From NCBI GenBank assembly GCA_963825525.1, contig CAWGTN010000002.1, positions 192,001-256,000 of the forward strand: a stretch of 64,000 nt of DNA, written 5' to 3'. Origin of the DNA: an uncultured Chloroflexia bacterium (GTDB lineage Bacteria > Chloroflexota > Limnocylindria > QHBO01). The number at the start of each line of letters is the position of its first letter. Position 1 is the first letter of the stretch. Of the stretch, positions 10,254-18,754 are shown one piece after another. The notes under the pieces are model-generated. The model searched no databases and was not told where the DNA came from. It saw only the letters and a list, made by a program, of their open reading frames with translations. The translations under genes were made by a program, and so were the position numbers.

Positions 10254-11189
10254 GTGGCGCGCACGGCACCCATCGACGACGGATCCGCGATGGACGCGGC
10301 GCGCTCGACGGAGCCCGACGCGGTGAGCGAGCACGTCCTCATCATCAGCGGCCTGTCGGGAGCGGGAAAGAGCCAGGCGAGCAAGCTGTTCGAGGACCTG
10401 GGGTACTCGTGCATCGACAACCTGCCCCCGGCCCTGCTGGACCACTACCTCGCCCTGCGGCGCACCGAGCCGGATCGGTATCGACGGTCCGCCCTCGTCC
10501 TCGACATTCGCGCCGGCGACCCTGCGCCGGCCATAGAGCGGGCCTCGGCCGCATTGGCCGCCGAGGGGACCGCCCTCGAGCTGATCTATCTCGAGGCCAG
10601 TGACGCGAGCCTGGTGAGCCGGTTCAGCGAGACCCGCCACCGCCACCCTCTCCAGGCGACCCGAAGCGGGGTCCAGGCCAGCATCGCCGAGGAGCGCCGG
10701 CTCCTGGCGCGGACCCGCGACATGGCGAATCACGTGATCGATACCAGTGGCCTCTCGATCGGGCAGCTGAAGGATCGGCTGTTCGCCGTCATTCCTCGTG
10801 CGTCGTCCGACGATCGCCTGCGCATCGACATCGTCACCTTCGGGTTCAAGTACGGCATTCCGCTGGAGGCGGACCTCGTGTTCGACGTGAGGTTCCTCAC
10901 CAACCCGTACTGGGATCCCGATCTCAAGCCACTCTCCGGGCTCGAGGAGCCGGTCCGCGACTTCGTTCTGAGTCAGCCCGCCGCCGTGCGCTTCCTGGAG
11001 CTCGTCACCGAGCTGCTGGAGCTCACCGTTCCGGCATACCGTGCCGAGGGCAAGGAGCAGCTGCGCGTAGCGCTCGGCTGCACGGGTGGCTATCACCGGT
11101 CGATCGCGCTGGCGGAGGCCCTCGCCGGCCGCCTGGAAGCCATCTCGAACGCGTCGGTCGGCATCTTCCACCGGGAGCTTGAGCGATGA
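10254..11189 (+). CDS. rapZ: RNase adapter / P-loop protein RapZ (YvcJ)
   Basis: SGLSGAGKS, IDNLP, ETRHRHPL, FGFKYG, GCTGGYHRS; GTG after GGAGGGG. Confidence 0.95.
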   Translation: MARTAPIDDGSAMDAARSTEPDAVSEHVLIISGLSGAGKSQASKLFEDLGYSCIDNLPPALLDHYLALRRTEPDRYRRSALVLDIRAGDPAPAIERASAALAAEGTALELIYLEASDASLVSRFSETRHRHPLQATRSGVQASIAEERRLLARTRDMANHVIDTSGLSIGQLKDRLFAVIPRASSDDRLRIDIVTFGFKYGIPLEADLVFDVRFLTNPYWDPDLKPLSGLEEPVRDFVLSQPAAVRFLELVTELLELTVPAYRAEGKEQLRVALGCTGGYHRSIALAEALAGRLEAISNASVGIFHRELER

Positions 11190-12508
11190 AGGGGCCGCGC
11201 CTTCCCCGCTGGATGTACCCCGGGATGCATCTGAAGCGCTGGCTCGTCCTGCTCCTGTCCGGGATCGCGATCCTGGGTCTCGGCGCCGCGATCTTCATCC
11301 GCGACCTCTACCGTCAGACGGCGGCCGACGAGATCGCCATCGTCTACTGGCTCACCGGCGCCTGGCTGGAGCCAGAGGTGCGTGCCGCGGTGGTGGCCGT
11401 GCTGGGCCTTGGACTGACCGGGATCGGCATGTGGGGCCTCATGCGCTCCGTGGTCTCGCCGTTCGTGGCGCGCGGCGACAGCGTCATGGAGGTCCTCTAC
11501 ACGAAGCGCTACCTGGCACGAGGACCGAGGATCGTCGCGCTCGGCGGCGGCACCGGTCTGTCGACCCTGCTCCGCGGCCTGAAGGGCTACAGCGCGAATA
11601 TCACGGCCGTGGTGGCCGTGGCCGACGACGGTGGCAGCTCGGGACGCCTTCGGCAGCAGCTCGGGATCGTCCCGCCGGGCGACATTCGCAACTGCATCGC
11701 CGCCCTGGCCGATGCGGAACCACTCATGACCCAGCTGATGCAGTACCGCTTCCCGCAGGGCTCGGGCCTTGACGACCATGCCTTCGGCAACCTCTTCATT
11801 GCCGCCATGACCGCGGTCACCGGCGACTTCGAGGAGGCGGTTCGCGAGTCCAACCGGGTGCTGGCGGTACGCGGCCAGGTGCTGCCGGCGACCAGCGTGC
11901 CGCTCAACCTGTCGGCGCAGCTCGTCTCCGGCAAGCACCTCTACGGGCAAGCCGGAATGACGCAGGCCGACGAGCCGATCGAACGGGTCTTCATCGAGCC
12001 CGATGACGTGCGGGCCAACCCCGAGGCGCTCGAGCGCATCCTGGAGGCGGACATGATCGTCATCGGCCCGGGCAGCCTGTTCAGCAGCGTGCTGCCGAAC
12101 CTGCTGATTCGCGACGTGCGGGACGCGCTGGCCGCCGCCCCCGGCGTCAAGGTCTACGTGTGCAACGTGGCGACACAGGCCGGCGAGACGGCCAACCTCA
12201 CCGCAAGCCAGCACCTCAACATGCTGTTCGCCCACGTCGGTGACGACCTCATCGACTATGTGATCCTCAATCGGAATCGCGACGCGAGGCCCCCCGCGGG
12301 TTGGCGGGCACAGCCGGTGGAGATCGACGTCGCGAAGCTCGAGGAGCTGCCGGTGGTGATCGTGGAGGAGGACGTGATCGACCCGCACAACGCCCACCGT
12401 CACGATCCGGCCAAGCTCGCGGCGGCGATCATGCGTCTGCAGCAGGAGGACGGGATGGAGCGGCTCCGCCAGCGCCGCGTGCGACGACCAACCGCCCACG
12501 CGTCCTGA
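11186..12508 (+). CDS. yvcK: YvcK/GlmR (CofD-like) UDP-GlcNAc-binding protein with N-terminal TM segments
   Basis: GGGTGL, DDGGSSGRLR, PPGDIRNC, GPGSLFSS; between rapZ and whiA. Confidence 0.93.
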   Translation: MKGPRLPRWMYPGMHLKRWLVLLLSGIAILGLGAAIFIRDLYRQTAADEIAIVYWLTGAWLEPEVRAAVVAVLGLGLTGIGMWGLMRSVVSPFVARGDSVMEVLYTKRYLARGPRIVALGGGTGLSTLLRGLKGYSANITAVVAVADDGGSSGRLRQQLGIVPPGDIRNCIAALADAEPLMTQLMQYRFPQGSGLDDHAFGNLFIAAMTAVTGDFEEAVRESNRVLAVRGQVLPATSVPLNLSAQLVSGKHLYGQAGMTQADEPIERVFIEPDDVRANPEALERILEADMIVIGPGSLFSSVLPNLLIRDVRDALAAAPGVKVYVCNVATQAGETANLTASQHLNMLFAHVGDDLIDYVILNRNRDARPPAGWRAQPVEIDVAKLEELPVVIVEEDVIDPHNAHRHDPAKLAAAIMRLQQEDGMERLRQRRVRRPTAHAS

Positions 12509-12516
12509 GCACCGCC

Positions 12517-13371
12517 GTGCTGCTCGCCGGCGAGGTGAAGGGGGAGCTTGCCCGCATCCAGCCGGCTCGGGCGTGCTGCCGCCGTGCCGAGCTGCTGGGG
12601 CTCATGCATGGAACCGCCGCGGGCCAGCTGCGCACCATGGATCACGCGACCGCCCGGACCGCGGTGCTGCTCGCGGCGTCGCTCGGCGTGCCGGTCACCA
12701 CGCCGCGCACGATCATCACCCACGGTCGGGCGCGGGCTCGCGGCGCTCGACACCACCTGGTGGTGGATGCCGACCTCGAGGGCGTCGGATCGTGGGCGTG
12801 GCAGGATGCCCCGGCATGCGACCGCCGATCCTTCCTCCGCGGCGCGCTCCTCGGATCGGGTTCGATCTCCTTCGGACCGTCAGGTCCGCACGTGGAATTC
12901 GTCCATCGGACGGAGGAGGCCGCCACGGATCTCGCCGGTCTGCTCAGCGAGCTCGGCGTGCGCGCCCTGGGCTCCGAGCGCCGCGGGCACCACGTGGTCT
13001 ACCTCAAGGGACAGGACGAGATTGCACTCCTGTTCGGCCTGGTGGGAGCGAATCGCGGGGTTCTCGAGCTCGAGACGCAGCGCGTCGGCCGTGATGTCCG
13101 GGCACGTCTCAACCGCCTCATCAACGCCGAGCAGGCCAACCTGGGTCGGACGGTCCGCGCCGCCGATCGACAGCTGGCGGCCATCGACCGGCTGGAGGCG
13201 GATGGGTCGCTGGCACGAGCCGCGCCGGCATTGCGGGACGCCGCCGCGCAACGTCGCCGCATGCCCGATGCCGATCTCGATAGTCTGGCGGAGGCCCTCG
13301 GCGTCAGCCGATCGGCCATGAACCATCGGCTCCGCCGCCTGGTGGAGCTTGCCGCGGACAAGGAGGATTGA
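12517..13371 (+). CDS. whiA: DNA-binding protein WhiA
   Basis: EVKGEL, RAEL, FLRGALLGSGS, VYLK, NRLINAEQAN, SRSAMNHRLR. Confidence 0.93.
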   Translation: MLLAGEVKGELARIQPARACCRRAELLGLMHGTAAGQLRTMDHATARTAVLLAASLGVPVTTPRTIITHGRARARGARHHLVVDADLEGVGSWAWQDAPACDRRSFLRGALLGSGSISFGPSGPHVEFVHRTEEAATDLAGLLSELGVRALGSERRGHHVVYLKGQDEIALLFGLVGANRGVLELETQRVGRDVRARLNRLINAEQANLGRTVRAADRQLAAIDRLEADGSLARAAPALRDAAAQRRRMPDADLDSLAEALGVSRSAMNHRLRRLVELAADKED

Positions 13372-14129
13372 TGCGCAGACCGGTCGTTGCGGGCAATTGG
13401 AAGATGAATCCGGCCACGTCCGCCGAAGCGCTCGCGCTGGCCCGGGCGGTCGCCTCGGACGCGCCGCCGGCCTCGGACGTCACGACGGTCGTGTGCCCGC
13501 CGACGATCTGGTTGACCGCGGTGCGCGAGGCACTCGACGGAAGCCGGGTGGCCCTCGGAGCCCAGACCATGCACTTCGCCGAGCGCGGCGCCTACACCGG
13601 TGAGACGAGCCCGCTCATGCTGGCCGGCGCCGCCGAGTTCGTCATCATCGGGCACTCGGAGCGGCGCCAGTACGACGGCGAGACCGACGAGAGCGTCGGT
13701 CGCAAGGTCGCCAGTGCCGTGGCGCACGGCCTGCGGCCCATCGCCGCGGTCGGGGAGCGGCTCACCGAGCGCGAGGCGGGCCGGACGGCGGACGTCATCG
13801 ATCGCCAGGTGCGGGCCGCGCTGGGTGAGCTGTCCGAGCTGGCGGGGACCGGGCTGGTCATCGCCTACGAGCCGGTCTGGGCCATCGGCACCGGGAAGGC
13901 AGCGACCGCCGCCGATGCCCAGGACGTGTGCTCCCAGATCCGGGCAATCCTTGGCGAACTCGACCCGAACGCGGCCGAGGAGACGCCGATCCAGTACGGG
14001 GGCAGCGTGACGGCCGACAACGCCGCGGAGCTCTTCGCGCAGGAGGACATCGACGGCGCACTGGTGGGTGGCGCCTCCCTCAAGCCGGACGATTTCGCCG
14101 CCATCCTTCGGGCGGCCGCGGACGCGTGA
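13371..14129 (+). CDS. tpiA: Triosephosphate isomerase
   Basis: AGNWKMN, GHSERR, AYEPVWAIGTG, YGGSV, LVGGASL. Confidence 0.98.
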   Translation: MRRPVVAGNWKMNPATSAEALALARAVASDAPPASDVTTVVCPPTIWLTAVREALDGSRVALGAQTMHFAERGAYTGETSPLMLAGAAEFVIIGHSERRQYDGETDESVGRKVASAVAHGLRPIAAVGERLTEREAGRTADVIDRQVRAALGELSELAGTGLVIAYEPVWAIGTGKAATAADAQDVCSQIRAILGELDPNAAEETPIQYGGSVTADNAAELFAQEDIDGALVGGASLKPDDFAAILRAAADA

Positions 14130-15665
14130 CCGTCGTCCTCGTCGTCCTCGACGGTTTCGGCATCGGTACCGATCCGGCGCGCAACGCCCTGATGTCGGCC
14201 CGCATGCCCGTCTGGGATGGGTTCGTGCGAGCGTGGCCGGCCGCGCGGCTCGACGCATCCGGCGAGGCCGTCGGCCTGCCCGCCGGGCAGATGGGCAACA
14301 GCGAGGTCGGGCACCTGAACCTGGGGGCCGGGTTCCCGGTGCTCCAGGACCTGCCGCGGATCAACCGCGCCATCGCGGACGGCTCCTTCGCCACCATGCC
14401 GGCCCTGGTGGAGGCCTGCCGCGGCGCGCTCGAGCGCGGGACGGCGGTCCATCTGCTGGGGCTCATCGGGCCCGGGTGGCATCCACGCCATCGACGATCA
14501 CATCGTGGCGATGGTCGAGCTTGCCGCGGCCGAGGGGCTGCCGCCGGACCGCGTCCTGCTCCATGCCTTCACCGACGGGCGAGACACGCCTCCGCGCTCG
14601 GCCGATGAGTTCCTGCCGTCGCTGCTCGCACGCATCGCCGGGCGTGCCACGCTGGCCACGCTGTCCGGGCGCTACTACGCCATGGACCGCGATGCGCGCT
14701 GGGATCGGACCAGGCTGGCGTACGACGCGATCGTCCACGGGGCGGGGGAGCGGGCTGCTGACGGGGTCGCTGCCATCCGCGCGGCGTATGCACGTGACGA
14801 GAGCGACGAATTCATCCGGCCGACCGTCATCGGCGGCTTCACGGGTGTGCGCCCCGGCGATGCCGTGATCCATCTCAACTTTCGGGCCGATCGGGCCCGT
14901 CAGCTGACGCGAGCCCTGGCGGTTCCTGCATTCGATGCCTTCGACCGCGGCGATGTGCCCGCGGACCTCTCGGTGACCACGCTGACCGAGTACCAGGCGG
15001 CGAGCGAGCTTCCGGTGTCCGTGGCCTTCGGACCGCTGGAGCTGGACTCCCTTGCGGCCCACCTGGCCCGGCTCGGAAGGCGACAGCTCCACGTGGCGGA
15101 AACCGAGAAGTACGCCCACGTCACGTATTTCTTCAACGGGGGCGTCGAGACGCCGTTTCCCGGGGAGGAACGGGTGCTGGTTCCTTCCAACCGCGAGGTG
15201 GCGACCTACGACCTGGCCCCCGAGATGGGCGCCGCGGCCGTGACCGATGCGGTCGTGGCCGGCATCGGCGGGGGCGCCTTCGCCTTCATCGTCGCCAACT
15301 ACGCGAACCCGGACATGGTCGGCCACACAGGGGTCTGGGATGCGGCGGTGCAGGCGGCGGAGGTGATCGATGCCTGCCTGGGCCGACTCCAGGTTGCGGC
15401 GCAGCAGGTGGGCGCGGTCCTCGTCGTCACCGCCGACCACGGCAACATCGAGGAGATGCGCGATGCCGATGGTGCGCCGCAGACCAAGCACACCACCTCG
15501 CCGGTGCCCATCGTCGTGGTGGGGGACGCCGTTCGTGGCCGTTCCCTGCACGACGGCGCGCTGTCCGACGTGGCGCCGACCCTGTGCGAGCTCATGGGGA
15601 TTCCGGTCGGCCCCGAGATGACCGGGCGCTCGCTCCTGGATCCTGTGGCGGCCGCCGCCGACTGA
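14126..15665 (+). CDS. gpmI: 2,3-bisphosphoglycerate-independent phosphoglycerate mutase, frameshift near 14476
   Basis: LDGFG, GQMGNSEVGH, DGRD, GRYYAMDRD, ETEKYAHVT, NPDMVGH, ADHGN. Confidence 0.96.
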
Positions 15666-15696
15666 GCGCGGATCCTCTGCTAGACTTCGACCCGCA

Positions 15697-15918
15697 ATGC
15701 AGACCCCCCTTCTTCTCGCCCAGATGATCCTGGCCGTCGCGCTCATCGCGTCGATCCTGCTGCAGCAGCGCGGGACCGGCCTCGGTGGCGCGTTCGGTGG
15801 CGAGGTCACCGCCTACCGCAGCCGTCGCGGCATCGAGCAGACGCTCTTCCGCCTGACGATCGTGCTCGCGGTGCTGTTCGTGGCCTTCAGCCTGCTCAAC
15901 CTGCTGCCGCAGAACTGA
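15697..15918 (+). CDS. secG: Preprotein translocase subunit SecG
   Basis: ILLQQRGTGLGGAFGG...RRGIE with two TM helices. Confidence 0.93.
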   Translation: MQTPLLLAQMILAVALIASILLQQRGTGLGGAFGGEVTAYRSRRGIEQTLFRLTIVLAVLFVAFSLLNLLPQN

Positions 15919-15976
15919 CCAGGGGGCCGTGCTATCATCGGCCCTCGCAAACGGAGAACGCTCCGAATGCGGCCGT

Positions 15977-16063
15977 GCCGAGGTGGCGGAATAGGCAGAC
16001 GCGCTAGGTTCAGGACCTAGTGACCGCAAGGTCGTGTGGGTTCAAGTCCCTCCCTCGGTACCA
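15977..16063 (+). tRNA. tRNA-Leu(CAG)
   Basis: Cloverleaf with long variable arm; anticodon arm ctagg-ttCAGga-cctag; GTTCAA; encoded CCA. Confidence 0.96.
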
Positions 16064-16073
16064 CTCCTCTCGG

Positions 16074-16158
16074 GCCCAGGTGGCGGAATTGGTATACGCG
16101 TACGTTTGAGGGGCGTATGAGGCAACTCATCCGGGTTCAAGTCCCGGCCTGGGCACCA
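16074..16158 (+). tRNA. tRNA-Leu(GAG)
   Basis: Anticodon arm tacgt-ttGAGgg-gcgta; long variable arm; CCA. Confidence 0.96.
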
Positions 16159-16179
16159 ATTCCAACTTCCAAGCCGATG

Positions 16180-16208
16180 CGCCGCTCGCCACCCGCGAGC
16201 GGCGTTCT
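16180..16208 (+). terminator. Probable intrinsic terminator after the tRNA-Leu pair
   Basis: 10-bp stem cgccgctcgc/gcgagcggcg followed by a weak T-tail (ttct). Confidence 0.6.
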
Positions 16209-16248
16209 GCGTCTGTGGCCCTGGTTCACGCCAAGCCCGGTTCTCGGT

Positions 16249-16443
16249 GTGCATCCCGGGACTCCCTCGATAGATGAGTGAACTCTTCACGTCAGGGCCG
16301 TCTGGGGTGCAGTTCCCGCGATAGATCGCGGGCCATCCTGCGTGAACGGCCCGCGCGCGCGCCCTCGTGCGCACGGGCACTCGATCTATCGCAGGAATGC
16401 AGCCCCTGGGGCGCGTCAGGTGCAAATCCCGCGATCAATCGAG
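16249..16443. repeat. 3-4 copies of a ~25-bp motif (GGTGCAnnTCCCGCGATAGATCG) in mixed orientation, REP-like
   Basis: +16304-16330, -16381-16406, +16419-16443, degenerate +16249-16278. Confidence 0.7.
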
Positions 16444-16505
16444 AAACCACGGGCGACGCCCAGCCCCTCGGCTCGGGGCACGACGTCGGCTAGGATTGGC
16501 GTCGC

Positions 16506-16582
16506 GGGCGGTTAGCTCAGCTGGTCAGAGCGCCTCGTTTACACCGAGGAAGTCGGGGGTTCGAGTCCCTCACCGCCCACCA
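16506..16582 (+). tRNA. tRNA-Val(TAC)
   Basis: Anticodon arm cctcg-ttTACac-cgagg; GTTCGA; CCA. Confidence 0.97.
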
Positions 16583-16651
16583 ATCGACCGGCGGCTCCGC
16601 CGGCGCTGGTAGCATCCAACCGTCAACACCCGAGCGAGGAGCACACAGCGC

Positions 16652-17230
16652 ATGCCACTCTGGGGATGGATCGTCATCGCGGCCATCGCGATCATCGTCC
16701 TCTTCCTGATCTTCACCTACAACGGTCTGGTCAGGTTGCGGAACATGGTCGACGAGGCATGGAACCAGATCAGCGTGCAGCTGAAGCGGCGGCACGACCT
16801 GATCCCGAATCTCGTGAACGCCGTCAAGGGTTACATGGACTTCGAGCAGGAGACCCTGACGAAGGTCATCGAGGCCCGATCGGCAGCGGTCAGCGCGCAG
16901 GCCGGCGGTCCGGCCAACGCCGGGCAGGCGGCACAGGCCGAGAACTTCCTGACCGGCGCCCTGCGCCAGCTGTTCGCCCTGGTCGAGAACTACCCCGACC
17001 TCAAGGCCAACGAGAATGTCATGCAGCTCCAGGAGGAGCTGACGACGACCGAGAACCAGATCGGGTTCAGCCGGCAGCACTACAACAGCACGGTCCGCGA
17101 GTTCAACACCACGATCCAGGTCTTCCCGAATGTCCTGATCGCGGGCCTGCTCGGGTTCCGCGAGCGAGACTACTTCCAGATCGCCGAATCGGACGCCGCG
17201 GTGCCCGAGGTGAATCTGCGGTCGGCCTAG
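16652..17230 (+). CDS. lemA: LemA family protein
   Basis: YNGLV, QLKRRHDLIPNLV, ENYPDLKAN, FPNVLIA. Confidence 0.95.
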   Translation: MPLWGWIVIAAIAIIVLFLIFTYNGLVRLRNMVDEAWNQISVQLKRRHDLIPNLVNAVKGYMDFEQETLTKVIEARSAAVSAQAGGPANAGQAAQAENFLTGALRQLFALVENYPDLKANENVMQLQEELTTTENQIGFSRQHYNSTVREFNTTIQVFPNVLIAGLLGFRERDYFQIAESDAAVPEVNLRSA

Positions 17231-17234
17231 CCCG

Positions 17235-18221
17235 ATGACGGTGGACGCGCGACCGACGCGCACCACGTTCTACCGGGAGATCGATCGCAACCGGCGCCGG
17301 AGCTGGGTGCTCGTCGTTGTCGTGGCCGTGGTTCTTGCCGCGCTGGGCGCGGCCATCGGGCAGGCGTCCGGCTTCGGATGGGGAGGGGTGGTCATCGCGC
17401 TCGTCCTCGCGACCGCGATGAGCATCGGCACGTACTTCGCCGGCGATGCGCTGGTGATGGCGACGAGCAGCGCGCACGAGATCGACCGCGGCAACCCGCC
17501 CGATCAGTATCGGCAGCTCACGAACGTGGTCGAGGAGATGCGCCTGGCCGGCGGGCTGCCACCGCCGCGGATCTGGGTCATCGACGACTCGGCGCCGAAT
17601 GCGTTCGCCACCGGACGCGATCCGAAGCACGCGAGCGTGGCGGTGACGACCGGGCTGCTCGACAAGCTGGACCGCGAAGAGCTCCAGGGCGTCATCGGCC
17701 ACGAGATGAGCCATATCGGCAACCTCGACATCCGATTCACGCTGCTGGTCGGTGTCCTGGTCGGGAGCATCGCGCTGTTGGCCGATTTCTTCCTGCGCTT
17801 CACGTTCTGGGGCGGAGGCCGCCGCAGCAACAACGATCGTGGGGGCGGGGGCGGGGGAGCGGCAGCCATCTTCTTCGTCCTGGCCCTTGTCCTGGCGATC
17901 GTTGCGCCGTTGATCGGGCGCCTGGTGCAGGCGGCGGTGAGCCGCAGCCGCGAATCGCTGGCCGATGCAACCGCCGTGGAATTCACGCGCAACCCGGTCG
18001 GGCTCGCTCGTGCGCTGCGCGCCATCAGTGACGACCCCGAGGTGCTCGAGGTCGCGAACCGCGCCACCCAGCATCTCTACATCGTGAACCCGATCAAGAG
18101 CTTCGAGGAACGCTCGAAGTCCCTGTGGGACACGCATCCTCCGATCGGGGAGCGGATCCGCGCACTGGAGGCGATCGGCGGCAGCATGGGGTCCACGCCG
18201 ACGAGTCCCACGCCGCGCTGA
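17235..18221 (+). CDS. htpX: HtpX-like M48 membrane zinc protease
   Basis: PNAFATG, HEMSH, SRSRESLAD, THPP; follows lemA. Confidence 0.93.
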   Translation: MTVDARPTRTTFYREIDRNRRRSWVLVVVVAVVLAALGAAIGQASGFGWGGVVIALVLATAMSIGTYFAGDALVMATSSAHEIDRGNPPDQYRQLTNVVEEMRLAGGLPPPRIWVIDDSAPNAFATGRDPKHASVAVTTGLLDKLDREELQGVIGHEMSHIGNLDIRFTLLVGVLVGSIALLADFFLRFTFWGGGRRSNNDRGGGGGGAAAIFFVLALVLAIVAPLIGRLVQAAVSRSRESLADATAVEFTRNPVGLARALRAISDDPEVLEVANRATQHLYIVNPIKSFEERSKSLWDTHPPIGERIRALEAIGGSMGSTPTSPTPR

Positions 18222-18334
18222 CGATTCGGGCACGTGCGCGGCGCCGAGTTGCGGCGGTTCGGCCCCGTCGGTATCCTTCGCTCCGCCTGATGCGACAGCG
18301 CACGGGAAGCTGAGGAGGCCTCAGCGACATCGGC

Positions 18335-18410
18335 GCCGAGGTAGCTCAGTTGGTAGAGCACCGCCCTGAAGAGGCGGGTGTCGTCAGTTCGAATCTGACC
18401 CTCGGCACCA
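18335..18410 (+). tRNA. tRNA-Phe(GAA)
   Basis: Anticodon arm ccgcc-ctGAAga-ggcgg; 76 nt; CCA. Confidence 0.97.
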
Positions 18411-18437
18411 CCGCGCGGTATCATCGGGTACAAGCGG

Positions 18438-18513
18438 GCGGAAGTGGCTCAGTTGGTAGAGCATCACCTTGCCAAGGTGAGGGTCGCGGGTTCGAGTCCC
18501 GTCTTCCGCTCCA
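18438..18513 (+). tRNA. tRNA-Gly(GCC)
   Basis: Anticodon arm tcacc-ttGCCaa-ggtga; 76 nt; CCA. Confidence 0.97.
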
Positions 18514-18570
18514 TTTTCATGTCCGGCTGGTTGCGATCGCGGCTGACCTGCTAGCGTGATGACGAGGCGT

Positions 18571-18644
18571 TGCCCCGTCGTCTAGTGGTAGGACAGCGGA
18601 CTTTGGATCCGTGAACCGAGGTTCGAATCCTCGCGGGGCAGCCA
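18571..18644 (+). tRNA. tRNA-Gln(TTG)
   Basis: Anticodon arm gcgga-ctTTGga-tccgt; T1-A72 acceptor pair; CCA. Confidence 0.96.
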
Positions 18645-18656
18645 GCCAGATTCGGT

Positions 18657-18731
18657 GGCGACGTGCCCGAGTGGTTCAGGGAGCGGTCTGCAAAACCGCG
18701 TACACGGGTTCGATTCCCGTCGTCGCCTCCA
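18657..18731 (+). tRNA. tRNA-Cys(GCA)
   Basis: Anticodon arm gcggt-ctGCAaa-accgc; ends TCCA. Confidence 0.96.
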
Positions 18732-18754
18732 CATTCTCCGGCAAGAGCAGCCGT

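Noticed and set aside
8617-10326. 569-aa apparent TatC-HDAC fusion ORF
   Set aside because: Produced by indels; TatC finishes in another frame at 9259 and the HDAC has its own GTG
12505-12519. CTG start for whiA
   Set aside because: GTG at 12517 gives a normal-length WhiA N-terminus
16249-16443. Possible CRISPR array
   Set aside because: Repeats are degenerate, in mixed orientation and irregularly spaced; no cas genes
18280-18334. CTGATG plus hairpin resembling a hammerhead ribozyme
   Set aside because: CUGANGA/GAAA core is incomplete; more likely the tRNA-Phe leader
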